DNA from: Schmidtea polychroa
Lineage: Eukaryota
Direction of reading: 5' to 3'
DNA: 64,000 bases
NCBI GenBank assembly: GCA_044892525.1
Contig: CM097886.1
Location: 99,076,001 to 99,140,000 of the forward strand
Shown here: piece by piece, positions 13,901 to 25,952 of the stretch
Numbering within the stretch: the first letter of the stretch is position 1
Layout of the letters: every line of letters starts with the position of its first letter
Program-made: the position numbers and the translations under genes
Notes under the pieces: generated by a model
What the model was told of the DNA's origin: nothing
The model's input: only the letters and a program-made list of their open reading frames with translations
Databases searched by the model: none

Positions 13901-16900
13901 ATCTTTTACAATTAATTTTAAAAAGAAATTTATAGGGGCCAACTGGAGATCGAGGTATAAAAGGAGGGGTCGGTATAAGAGGAATGAAAGGCGTTGAAGG
14001 AATAAGAGGTCCACAGGGACCTCAAGGATTAAAAGGTGAACCTGGAAGTTCTGGAAAAGAAGGTCCAATGGGAGAAGATGGTCCGAAAGGAGCTATTGGA
14101 CCAAGAGGACAGCGAGGAGACCCAGGTTTGGCCGGAGAAAGAGGTCCAAACGGACCTCCTGGACCAATAGGCCCAGTTGGACCTTTAGGTTTTTTTTAAA
14201 AAAATCAGATATTTTGTTTAACTAAACGTTCAGGACCAGGTGGACTAAAAGGTGAAAAGGGCGTTAAAGGACCTGATGGAGCTCCTGGCTTACCTGGACC
14301 GGTAAAAATTGTTGATATGCAAGAAGGAAGCTCTAAATATGTAAATACTGGCACCAGATTTAAGCGTGAAGCCAAAACCGAGGATAACAAAGAAAAAATT
14401 GGTAATATTTATTATTCAGTCTGATATTTACTAAATAAAATTTTCCAAGCAAGAAAAAAATATTCATAAATTCTCTGAGCAAATAGTTTGTAAAATTTCC
14501 CAATTTTCAATTATCCAATTTATTAAGTTCTAATCTTACTGATTCTGTTGATATCAAGGCATTACTATGCTTGCATCATGAAGGTAGCTTATAATGATGT
14601 TATATCTAGGACATGAAGAAATTTTCCAAATGCCTTACTTTTTTCTCTTCAATTCTTCCATTTTTTGTTGCTTGATATCTACAAAAAGTATAAAAATAAA
14701 TTCTTATTTTCGTATACCAATGACAATATTCACAAAGGCCTGGATCCGTGTAACAATTACAACTGAAGTGCTAATAGAGCTCCATTGAAATTTGATTTGC
14801 TGACCAAATGGACTTTAACATTTTCAGACTTCATCGGGTCAACCATTTGAAATCAGTGTTACGTAATCTCTTAGAGAGAAAATATTCATAAAACGTCTAG
14901 GGTTCAAGTTTGGCATAGTTCTGCACCACAGACTTATTGATTATTTTTATATCTTTCTGTGAAATTTCAATGCAGTTTTCATTGGTTGGTTGAGTTATTG
15001 TTATGATGTGCAAGACGTATCAAAAAGATCTTGCTACTATAAACACAATGCACAAGTAAGTAACATTTGTCAAGTGTGAAACATTTCAAAGTTTAATTAT
15101 ATTCAAATCACTTATTAGTGAACTAATCAAAGGAACATTTTGAGATCTTAATTGATTATGTCAGCATTTAAACAAAATACGTAAGAAATAAATATCAGAT
15201 GGTATAATGTTCAGAACTTGAGGTCGAGGAGTGAGGACGGAGGGAGGAGGAGTGTTGACAAAAGAACCATTGAAAAAGGTGTTTTTTATCTGTCATTTTA
15301 AGGGTGAATTTAAAAATATCTGTTTAATTTAATGTCTGATGCGTTTCTAAAAGAGCTCTTCTTCTTTGTCTTTGCATACTCAATCAGAACTAGTGAGTGT
15401 TTGACTGGAAAAGAATATTTTTTTACTATAACATTTTTCAATTTTCACCACTGATTTCTTTTCAATTGACATTGTATTTATATTTAGAAAGAAAAATAAG
15501 CTAACTCAAAAATTGACACCTTCACAAAATGATATTTAAATTCCTACCAAATTAAATATGGTAAAACAAAAAATTAAAGAAAGCAGGCTGATTAAATGTT
15601 ATTACACACGCGTTAGTAATTATGTTAAACCTGCAGACAATTTTTTACATATTATATTCATATTAGATAAATGCACAAATATTGTTCCCAGGCCCGGTTC
15701 CAGTCATTTGGCGGCCCTAGACAGCTATATGTTGGCTACTCTATCCATATATGATATATCAATGTCACCATGTCAGTGACTTGGAGGAAAACTTATTTTC
15801 GTTTTTCAGCAACAGAATCTTTTTTAGTTCCTTTTAACGCTGACATCGATAAATCAAATTTTAATTTTAATTATTCATTAAAAATAAAGAAATTTGAAAA
15901 TGATCTAGATTAAAATGAACACAATGTTGATATATACTTTCGTAAAACGAATGATTAAAAATTATATATCGAATAAAGTGAAAAATAATTAAAAATATTT
16001 ATTAAACGACGTTGTTACATAATTTATTTTAATTTCAAAAAATATTTTTAATGTTTATTTAAATCATTTTGCAAATTTGGCGGCCCTAGGCAGGTGCCTA
16101 GTTTGCCTAACGGAAGAACCGGGCCTGTGTTCCTCATGTAATGTTAAATTGTAGGTAAAGCAAACCCACTATGCTTAATAAAATTCAATGGCGTAGTTTG
16201 TATTTTGCGTTGATTTGTCTATTGTAAAATTACTTCAGACAGGTGATTAATTTAAATAGCCTCAATTATCCTAATTTGTTGAGAGAAAGCATTAATATTA
16301 CATTACGGTCAAAAATGACGGCACCATCCTTCCAGGTATATATATTTCCCCATTCTTTTAATGTTAATCAACATATGCCCCCCATGTGACATCTTTGAAA
16401 TTCCTGAATCATTTTATAATACACTTATTTTTACAAATTTATAAATTTTAATTCCTTTGAACACTTTTGAACATTTGATCTTTTTAAACAAAAAATATTG
16501 CTTTTCTTTTTATGAGAATTAACACAAAATCCCATCCGAACAAATTTGATTAAATTTTTAAACAAAAGGTGAAAGGTCATTCGCGAAATGAAGGTTGACC
16601 CCAATTGCTTCATTTTGCAAATAAAAAAAGAAATTATAGAAAAAATTCTTTACATGGGAGAAATTTCGACGGGCATCATTTGTGTTCCGCTTGTTTTACT
16701 AGTCTCATTTCATACATTTTTAATAATTATACTACTTTCAATTTGTTTTGTTTTAATAAATATTAAAATGTTGTTTCAGAAAATCCAGAAATCCCAAAAG
16801 ACACCAACGGAATTATCAACATCCTAAAGAGATTATATTCAAACATTGATAAATTGGAGAAAAATATGGTTTCTATACAGAGACCCATCGGTAGTAAATC

Positions 16901-19900
16901 TAATCCTGCTCGACATTGCAGAGATATCTTCCTCAGTGATCCGAAAGTTGCTTCTGGAAACTTTTGGATTGACCCTAATCTTGGATCTATAAACGATTCG
17001 ATAGAAGTCGAATGCAAATTTGAAAAAGAAGCTATTAAAACATGCGTGTCAGCGACGAAACAGTCACATATGGTAATACTTTTCTTTTTTAAATGGTCCT
17101 TTTATTTCAGTAACTTTGAATTTCCATTCTTTATGTTCCCATAAGGAAGGAGATGTAAACTATCCATATAGCTTTTACTTATCTTCCTCAGGTTTGGCAA
17201 ATCACTTTTGACATTTCATCTTGTTTTACATATTCTTTACAACGGTATCCAAGAAGTCCCGCAAAATATAAGGTCTTTCATTGCCCTTCACGTTCATTAG
17301 ACCATAGGTCAAGCCTGTGCCACCTAAATCATACAACACGCCTCAATGACAGTTCCAAATCTTTAGTGGGCTACACATTGTAATTAATTTTTCAATTAAT
17401 CATATTTTACAATTAAAAGGGAAGAAAAATGAGATCATTTACTCTTACCGCCTATCAAGTCAAGTGTAAAATAATTCGAATTCTAGTGTTGACGTTGGCA
17501 TAAATGATCGTCTTTAAAATTTAGAAATCCTTAACTACATTCAAGAAGACAGAGAATCCAAGACAGTGGTGGCTCAGCCAAATTCTTGACCAGAGTGGCA
17601 ACAGAATGAGAAAGGTGACTTGAAATAAATGGATTAAAATGTGCAAATTATTAAATATTTCAAGATCAAATATTGCCCCATGAGCCAACTGGTATTCCTT
17701 CAGATGTTACATACGAAGGCAGAACAGACAATAACTATGATGTGCAACGAAGCCACTGTCTATTATGATAGCATCAATAAAAATCACGACAACGCAATAC
17801 GCATGAGGGCTTTCAATGACCGTATCATAGACACGCACGTCGACAGGAAGTTGAAGAGTGAGTCCGGCAGTACTTTGTTGGAAATCAAAGTTAAAGACGA
17901 TTGCATGGTAAGATTTATTTCGTGTATATTCAACAGTGTAGTGTAAGGACCTCAAAAGGATTTAAGCGAGTCTTTTTTTTAAATTTCATTGAAATATATC
18001 AGTTGCTCAAATATTAAATATCATAAGAAGATTAAAACAATAAATTACAGAATTACCACTAAATAAAGAGGGGAACTTTGTAATTTTGTTTTTATTTTTG
18101 CAGCAGCGTTCTTTGGAGGCTTGTACAGACTTCCCGACCACTTTGTTAAACTATTAACAGCACAACTGTTAATATTAAAGTTTTGTGAGTAAAGTTTTCT
18201 TGTATACATTTTATACGGGGGTAATATTAGTTATGCTCTAAAACATACCTGTTCAACGTGTGGCTCTTGAGCCACGTATTGCTTTATAGTTTTATTTCGT
18301 GGCTCCCAATATAAATCTGAATAAAGGAGTCGTGGCTCTTATAAAAAAATGAAATTTCATAGAAAAAAGGCAAATTACATATTTAGTTAAAATTAATTTA
18401 TAATAAAATATAAAATAAATCACTCGTTTTTGGTTTAATTTTTTTTCTCTCAAATTAGATAATTTTGAGATTGGCTCCTAAATAGATTTGTGTTGGACAG
18501 GCCTGCTTTAAAATATATTTATTTTGGAAACTAAAAACTATAAGTTGTGCTCTAAAAGGATTTGAAAGATCACATAATTATTTTAATAGAGCTGTTGTTT
18601 ATAAATGAGTTATAATTGTAATAGAATCTATTTAATAGATAATTGAAAGATTAAATAAATTAAATGGAATCTTAAAATTATTAATCTTAACCCTAAAAAA
18701 TTATTTTCAATAACAATTCTGTAAATTTGTATATTTTTATTAAATTTTTATATATTTCCCTAAAAATCTCTATAACATAATTTTTAAATTTTATATCTCA
18801 TTTAATATATTTTATAGCTCACTTTTATTTATATAAGAGCACAGGTAATATTAGAGCACACTTAAAGCCACTCTTTAGGAAGTGTTAAACTTTTCTTATG
18901 CAAAGTTTGACGAAGGTTTTATCAAGTAAGAGCTTTAGGTCTGAATAACAAGAACGCCAACATAAATCAAACTCTTACTTTTCCGAAGTCGAGTTAATTT
19001 GATTTTTATATTTTTTAAATAATCTTTTGAAATGCGTTCCCAGATGATCAAGAGTCAATGGACTTTAGGCAAATATTCTTTTATTAATTTAGAGGAGTTC
19101 TGTGTAACCTTCAACACCTTTCCATCTGTATGGCGCCTTTAGGCACCAATGTTAACCTTGCCATCAATGACGGGATCAGGAAAAACCAATAATATAAAAG
19201 GAGGGGGGATGAATTAACTAAACGAATTATCTCAAGGTTAGCTACCAATCTAGACAGAGGCAGCCAATTAATCATTTTATTTTATGATAAATGGAAAGAA
19301 ATTTGAATAATTCTTGATTGTCGCGACTATTAATTTTGTTTAAATGCTTATAAATCATTATTTTTTTAATTTCAGTTTATTCTACGCTGACAAATTTAAC
19401 AGTAAACTGGAATAATAGTTTTCATTACTTTAAATTTTACTGAAAAATTTGGATGAAAATTTCAAGTTTTCTTTCTAATATAAAAATGAAAAGCTAATCA
19501 GAGTAAATATCCAAACAAAACTCTCTAATAATTCTCTATGTCGTACTCCCCTCCATTTATAAATATTAGGATTTCTACCCCTGATCTCACTCGGCTTTAT
19601 ACTATCTTCAATTTCCCAGGGAAATTATCTTAGCTAGAAGTTTAGGGTTGCTACTTTCCTTTTTCTATATTCTAAGCTTTTCGTCCCTTCAAGTGAACCT
19701 GTAAAGATATATAGCCAAATGCAGTGTAAACTTCATTTCTAAACCCAGCTTCGTAGTTGTCCCTTAGTTCTGACTTCATATCACTAATGTGTACCTGTAC
19801 ATAACCATCTATTCATTTAATATAATTAAATTTAATACATCTCCCTGAAAGTAAGGCCGGGTCTCTTAATAATTTTTACTACAACAAACCCACCATGACT

Positions 19901-20835
19901 TGGTATCAAGGGGTGTCTTACTTTGTCATGTACAAAAACAATTTAATTATGTATATTATTATTTGATAATTCAATACGCATATTATATGTTGTAAGGAAT
20001 GTACCATTTGCGTCTATCTGGCTTATTTTGGGGGTTAGGGCTTTTATTACAAACATTCTCAAAGGTTATGCATGGCCTTATTTTATCTGGGTTGGTATTC
20101 GTTTTGGACACCTTGATTTCTTTTCCTTTACGTTTCAATAAGCAGATAACTTATGCCTTTAGTTCAACTACACACTAGTCACTCCGATTTACTCCGTTCC
20201 CTTTATTATAACAAAGTAACAATTGATAATCTTCACTTCAATCTTAAAATGCCTGAAAGGGCAAAAGTGATGAATCCAAAAATATCTGAGCTGAAGGCCC
20301 AAGGTTTGAGGAACCAATTTATCAATGATATTGAAATCGTTACTACCCTCGTTACTACCCCTCGTTACTACCCCTAGGTCTTACTGACATAGAGGAACTT
20401 TATTGAAAAACAATTTTAAAGTTTTGGAAGTTAAGACTACTATTTTTCAAAATAAAATGAGAAACGCCAAATGGATATATATTAATAAAAACTCAAATTT
20501 GCGGTAAAACGCGAGTTAAACATGCGTTGAGATAAACAGCGCTTGCGTCATTGTGAACCGTTCAACATTCTGTCACTATTTTAGAATGAATTTTTAATAA
20601 TTTACTGACTATTTGTCAACAAATTCCAAATTATTTGCTATCAACTTTATAAATATAGTTGAAAAGTTGTTAAATGAATTTATTTAAGGATCGGTTGAGA
20701 ACGCCAACGAATTCCCAGTTTCAGATCTCCGCCAAGAAAACCGAATACCTTCCGATCGTTGATATCCAATTGAAGGATTTTGGAACTGATAACCAAAAAT
20801 TGGGCTATTATGTTTATTCGGTTTGTTATAGTTAG
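4969..20835 (+). CDS. Fibrillar collagen alpha chain, COL5/COL11 (clade B)-like: TSPN domain, minor helix, 1014-aa major helix, COLFI C-propeptide; 5' exons not located
   Basis: GT-AG exons read by hand: 4969-5170, 5220-5364, 5409-5519, 5571-gap, 5897-5950, 5994-6053, 6182-6346, 6484-6537, 6580-6994, 7041-7336, 7555-7860, 7902-8063, 8113-8365, 8674-8888, 9800-10285, 10328-10651, 10698-10751, 13936-14188, 14234-14401, ~16779-17072, ~17526-17615, ~17664-17907, 20689-20835. TSPN motifs [19 protein letters not shown] and [22 protein letters not shown] motifs [21 protein letters not shown] and [12 protein letters not shown]...VCYS*. Confidence 0.95.
11172..11639 (+). CDS. Universal stress protein (UspA-like), intronless, nested in collagen intron 10752-13935
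   Basis: N-terminal [15 protein letters not shown] and LFIHV. C-terminal [38 protein letters not shown] carries the G-2x-G-9x-GS ATP-binding motif. TATA-like CTATATAAATA near 10987 and AATAAA near 11702. Confidence 0.93.
   Translation: MAKRVILIPIDTSEHSKRAFRWYLKNMKQENDIVLFIHVVEPVYATPAVGMMEPPPIVLDDMSRMMEDAINEGKKLGQEFMHEAKDTGLEPKAFIHVDTKPGAALVKSAKDHQADVIVIGNRGVGTLRRTFLGSVSDHILHHAHIPVVVVPPEAK
15689..16127. mobile_element. MITE (hAT-like) in a collagen intron
   Basis: Perfect 12-bp TIR CAGGCCCGGTTC / GAACCGGGCCTG, with TGTTCC directly flanking both ends. The subterminal motif ATTTGGCGGCCCTAG occurs near both ends. Confidence 0.75.
18244..18505. mobile_element. hAT (Charlie-like) MITE in a collagen intron
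   Basis: Imperfect 14-bp TIR CATACCTGTTCAAC / GTTGGACAGGCCTG. 8-bp flanks CTCTAAAA / CTTTAAAA. Internal GTGGCTC motifs typical of this group. Confidence 0.6.
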
Positions 20836-22788
20836 ACAAATGGACTAATATATCAGACAATCAAATGAGATGGTGAGGATGAATCTTAGGGTTGACCTGT
20901 TTGAATGATGCTGTGGACAATGTACAAGTTCTTTACGTTTGGGTCTGAGTTCTGTGTTGAGTATTTTGTATTTATTTATGTTCGGTCAATCAAATCTTTT
21001 AATATTATTTTNNNNNNNNNNNNNNNNNNNNNNNNNNNNNNNNNNNNNNNNNNNNNNNNNNNNNNNNNNNNNNNNNNNNNNNNNNNNNNNNNNNNNNNNN
21101 NNNNNNNNNNNNNNNNNNNNNNNNNNNNNNNNNNNNNNNNNNNNNNNNNNNNNNNNNNNNNNNNNNNNNNNNNNNNNNNNNNNNNNNNNNNNNNNNNNNN
21201 NNNNNNNNNNNNNNNNNNNNNNNNNNNNNNNNNNNNNNNNNNNNNNNNNNNNNNNNNNNNNNNNNNNNNNNNNNNNNNNNNNNNNNNNNNNNNNNNNNNN
21301 NNNNNNNNNNNNNNNNNNNNNNNNNNNNNNNNNNNNNNNTCAAAGGGATCATATACGAACTCGTGTTTCATATGGAATATTTAGATTTTTCGATTAGTTG
21401 AATACATTTTTGACTCTATCGTCATTTTATTTGTTTCAAAACCATTGAAAATTCTCATGAATTCAAAAACAATAATGAAATTTGGGCAGGATTTGCTAGG
21501 TATTTAATTTGGGTTTCATATTTGCTGAAGCCCCCCCCCGACATGATGATACACAATATTATTATTTTAATAAATTTTTTTTTCAAAAAGTTCACTATTT
21601 AAATGGATTGTCGTAATTAATTATTTTTTATTGTTCAAAATATTGTAAACAAAAACATTTAATTGCACTTCTTGTTCAGTTTATACTACTCATAAATTCA
21701 AAAATATGAATCATTTCATTATAGTGACTCATTTAAACAAATTAAGGTTTATAAGAATATTTCCTAGTGACATAACAGCTTTGTAGAATTTGTTCTCTTT
21801 TCTTTCTATGTTGAAACGGTTGATAAAAATACATTAATATCATACATAATAGCTAGTTGTTTTAATCGATTAATACNNNNNNNNNNNNNNNNNNNNNNNN
21901 NNNNNNNNNNNNNNNNNNNNNNNNNNNNNNNNNNNNNNNNNNNNNNNNNNNNNNNNNNNNNNNNNNNNNNNNNNNNNNNNNNNNNNNNNNNNNNNNNNNN
22001 NNNNNNNNNNNNNNNNNNNNNTGACAAAAAAATGTTACACCATTACTTTATAAGTTAAAAAATGCTAAAGGTAATCGGATGCACTTGTAAACAGTTTCTG
22101 TGTATCGACTAATTTTTTAGTCCGCAGAGGTGATTATGATTTTTCATAAGCCATGTTTACAAGTTTACAGATTTTTCTGTGACCAAGCTAATTTGCAAGC
22201 GATGTAATTTCCAGTGTACCGGGGAAAGTATGCAATAGAATTGAATCAGCAATATTGTATACTTATCTGATGCGAAGAGAAATCTTCGTGTCTCCTGCAT
22301 AGTACTGATGAGAGCTGTTGGTTACTTTAGGGGAAAAATAATAAAAGAAAATTTCACATACTCAGAGCGGGTTCCCTAAGCAACCAGTATGACTTGCAGA
22401 TCATATCCCTTATGTGTGCCCGTGGTGATGTAACACGTTGGTAATGCGCACATAGGTCGGAGTTTACCAGCAGGTGAGCTCCTATGGGAGAACTATACGC
22501 GTATGTAAACTAATAACTAACCCCTAACAACTGTGAGATGAAACATAACAATATATATCAAATATGATTATATCAATAATTACAATGGAATNNNNNNNNN
22601 NNNNNNNNNNNNNNNNNNNNNNNNNNNNNNNNNNNNNNNNNNNNNNNNNNNNNNNNNNNNNNNNNNNNNNNNNNNNNNNNNNNNNNNNNNNNNNNNNNNN
22701 NNNNNNNNNNNNNNNNNNNNNNNNNNNNNNNNNNNNNNNNNNNNNNNNNNNNNNNNNNNNNNNNNNNNNNNNNNNNNNNNNNNNNNAA

Positions 22789-23742
22789 TTATATCAAGAT
22801 TTCAACATTGGGGGAGTCTGTAGGAACAGTTTCATATATGTTAATATCATGTAATTCCTTTGGAAGTTTAATAGAATTATTTTGAGGAGTCTTCCAGTCG
22901 ATTTCATCAGCAAACCAGGGATGAGTTTTAAGAGTTTGCTCCTTCCCCATGATACAACCTAGGCGTTTCGTGGGATCAACTGCCAGAAGTCTCTTAACTA
23001 AATCCCGAAGCTCATCAGAGAAATGAGGAGGAAATTGAAATTTGCCGGAAATTATTTTTTTCACTAGGTTCAGTTGAAATTCCATTTTGAATGGTGAATA
23101 GCCGGCACCTAATTCATATAGTAGAACGCCGAAAGCCCACCAATCCACAGCTAAACCATGACCTTGATTAAGGAGAATTTCTGGTGCCATGTATTCCAAT
23201 GTTCCTTGGCACGTGTAGGATCGACCTGTAATTCTTTTGGAAAAACTAAAATCTGTCAACTTTATCATCCAACTGGAACTTATCATTGTATTTTCCGGTT
23301 TCAAATCTCTATAAGCTATTTCTTTCGAATGAAGATATTCCAAACCTAGGAGTATCTGAAAACTGAAAAATCTGACTGATGATTCTCCTAAATAAATATT
23401 TTTCTTGAGCACATTAAAAACTGTCGTCGGGAGGTATTCGAGTAGAATATTGAATGTGCAATTCGACTCAAATGAACCGTAGTACTTGATCAGAAATTCG
23501 TTTGATATCGAGGAAAGAATTTCGACTTCATAGCTTACCTTTGATGCTAGATTCAATTCATCGAATTGGGTCTTTGATATTTCTTTAATGGCCACAAAGT
23601 CTGGAGCATCATCTGGTTTGTTATTCATCCATTCAGCCATGAATACCTTTGAGAATGCTCCTTCACCTATTTCTTTAATTATATAGAAATCTGTGAGACT
23701 CAAATCGTTTGATAATTCTTGTTGATCATCTTCAGACGTCAT
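22789..23742 (-). CDS. Intronless, divergent AGC-group (PKA catalytic subunit-like) Ser/Thr kinase
   Basis: GEGAFSKV, VAIK, alphaC Glu (YEVEIL), YRDLKPEN, DFS in place of DFG, YTCQGTLEYMAPE, GHGLAVDWWAFGVLLYE and HPWF. First ATG at 23742. Confidence 0.9.
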   Translation of the reverse strand: MTSEDDQQELSNDLSLTDFYIIKEIGEGAFSKVFMAEWMNNKPDDAPDFVAIKEISKTQFDELNLASKVSYEVEILSSISNEFLIKYYGSFESNCTFNILLEYLPTTVFNVLKKNIYLGESSVRFFSFQILLGLEYLHSKEIAYRDLKPENTMISSSWMIKLTDFSFSKRITGRSYTCQGTLEYMAPEILLNQGHGLAVDWWAFGVLLYELGAGYSPFKMEFQLNLVKKIISGKFQFPPHFSDELRDLVKRLLAVDPTKRLGCIMGKEQTLKTHPWFADEIDWKTPQNNSIKLPKELHDINIYETVPTDSPNVEILI

Positions 23743-24312
23743 CAAAACCCTTCAAATAATAATTCCAATACAAAATTAATTGATTGAACAAAGTTCAAAA
23801 TGATAAAGATTAGACCCATAAATCCAGCACAATTGATTAAGCATAGAAATCAATAAATCACTGATTATAATCAATAATTATGAGGAATTGATTATTTAAA
23901 TTATATTTTAACCAAATTTATTCCTACAATTGCCTCACTGATACTGTATCCCTTGAAGCTGATAAAGTCCATTGTAGTTTAGGTCTAACCTCTTAAACAT
24001 AGAATGACATAGTTGGCTACGGTGGATTAGGTCTATCCCGAGTGGTCTACGATAACATTGGTCAATGTCACATTTACCAGATTTGTGAGATTTTAGAAGG
24101 ATATCATTATGTGAACATTATTTCTGATGAAAAGATTTATTAATATATTTGACCATTCTTTTTGAAGCCACTACTTAATTTATCAATAACATTTCATGTA
24201 ATTGACAGTTTATTTTGACAATTTATCTTGATGGCAATATGTTTGTGTGTATATATGATCGTAACATTTTGATGATAATTGTGATTATTATACCATTTAT
24301 TATAGGTATATT

Positions 24313-24316
<4 letters not shown>

Positions 24317-24386
<70 letters not shown>
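24317..24386. repeat. (TA)n microsatellite
   Basis: About 35 consecutive TA units. Confidence 0.95.
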
Positions 24387-24390
<4 letters not shown>

Positions 24391-24773
24391 AGTGCATTTT
24401 ATATCGCAATAAATGTGAGGAAAACATAGATTGAATCGGGTTTATTAAAATAAAGAATAAATTGAATAAAGGTTACATTATTTATTATTAAAATAATTTA
24501 TTTAAATTTCTTTTTATCAATTATATTAGAATTATTTTTTTTAAAAAGTTATAATAGTTACATTAAATTTTAAAATATTTATTATTAATATTCACTTGAA
24601 AAATGCAGTGCCGAAAATTCGTGAGTATCAACAAACATCGATATATTACTGATTTAGAGTCATCAAGCTCTCTTTTCAATAAATTCAACTGAAAAAATAA
24701 TCAGTGGTGAAATTGGAAGAAATAAAAGTTTTTATAATAATATTAATAATAAATTAATAATTTTTTTTAATTT

Positions 24774-25766
24774 TGTTGAGGTTTGAAAATAAATTATTAA
24801 ATTATATAGTTCAGATTAAAAGGAAAGCCGAAATTGAATGGCGGTCAAGCGGAGAAGCAATGGCAAAGAAAGATATGATAAAAACAGAACTATAAAAGGG
24901 TACAATCAGACATGAAATGGGAAAATGCGCAAACCGGAGGAAGTGGAATAAAGTGAAAAGTTATCGAAATTGAAGCTGGAAAACGGGAGAGGGGTAGATT
25001 AAGGGATGGTGAAGAAGACAGTGAGTAAGAAATTGTTAGAAAATGTGTGGAAAGGGTAGTAAAACAGACAAATGTGGAAAAACGTAAAATATTAATTAAT
25101 TAATTAATTGGCTAATGGGAAACCCGAGCTAATGGGAAGCCCGAGCCAATGGAGAACCCGAGCGATGAAGAAAACCCGAGCACGGCAATTTGGAAGGGTA
25201 AACAAACGAGGAATTCAGAGGGCAATTATCCAAACAACCGGATAAACGAGGGTAACAAAAGACGGGGAATTACGAAGAGGGTCAACAAAAATAGTCAATT
25301 AGGGAATGATAGCGGAAGAAGTCAAAACCAATTAGGTCACAAACGGGCCAATTACAACGATTATGGGAGTATATAAGGAAACTCAAAATTCACATAATCG
25401 GCGATAGCCTTAGGTAGGGATACGAAGAAACAGACGATAGGAGTTCGAGGAATAAAATAAAAGGAAAAAGGAATTATAAGAGGAATTTAGGAGTCAGAAA
25501 GGAATATTAAAAGAGTTCGGATCAGAGAGCGGAATCAAACAAAAGGTGAAACCTATTTTTTTTTAAATCGTACAAGGCCGAGACCTTCCAGAGCGGAGTT
25601 CGAGCTGAAATTGTGTAAGAATTGTGATTAACCAACAGTGTGATTAATTGTTGAGAGTTGTGAATTGTTATAAAACAAATATACGTTGGGAGTTTGTGTT
25701 TATTGATTTTGGAACACGTGGAGTCAGAGTAACCAACGGTTGATTTTGGTATCATAAAACCCAACA
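24774..25766 (+). repeat. 5' LTR (993 bp)
   Basis: TG...CA termini. Four ~17-bp tandem AATGG(G)AAACCCGAGC-like repeats near 25116-25182, a TATA-like GTATATAAG near 25369 and AATAAA near 25452. Duplicated at 33036. Confidence 0.95.
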
Positions 25767-25773
25767 TATATTT

Positions 25774-25791
25774 TGGTGAGCCCGACGTGAT
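25774..25791 (+). promoter_or_regulatory. Primer-binding site complementary to the tRNA-Trp 3' end
   Basis: TGGTGAGCCCGACGTGAT differs at one base from the complement of the conserved eukaryotic tRNA-Trp 3' end (ATCACGTCGGGGTCACCA). It lies 7 nt after the LTR. Confidence 0.85.
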
Positions 25792-25952
25792 TAAACGTTG
25801 GTGGGCGAATATTGAAGGGTGAAAGAGGTGAAGAAAATTAAAGTAATAAGAAAATTGAAAATAATTGGAAATTGGAAGAGGTAGTAATTATTGATTATTA
25901 ATTTTAATATTTAGCCGTGAGTGAATACAATTTGAAGAACCGAAAAGTAAAG

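Noticed and set aside
20264-20390. GTGATGA...CTGA, possible intronic C/D snoRNA
   Set aside because: No terminal stem or recognisable rRNA guide; such short boxes occur by chance.
22300-22340. CTGATGA...GAAA, possible hammerhead ribozyme core
   Set aside because: Stem II cannot close (no C before GAAA) and no flanking stems form.
25149-25767. Short ORFs inside the LTRs (also 33411-34098)
   Set aside because: They are purine-rich LTR sequence; their identity reflects LTR duplication, not coding constraint.
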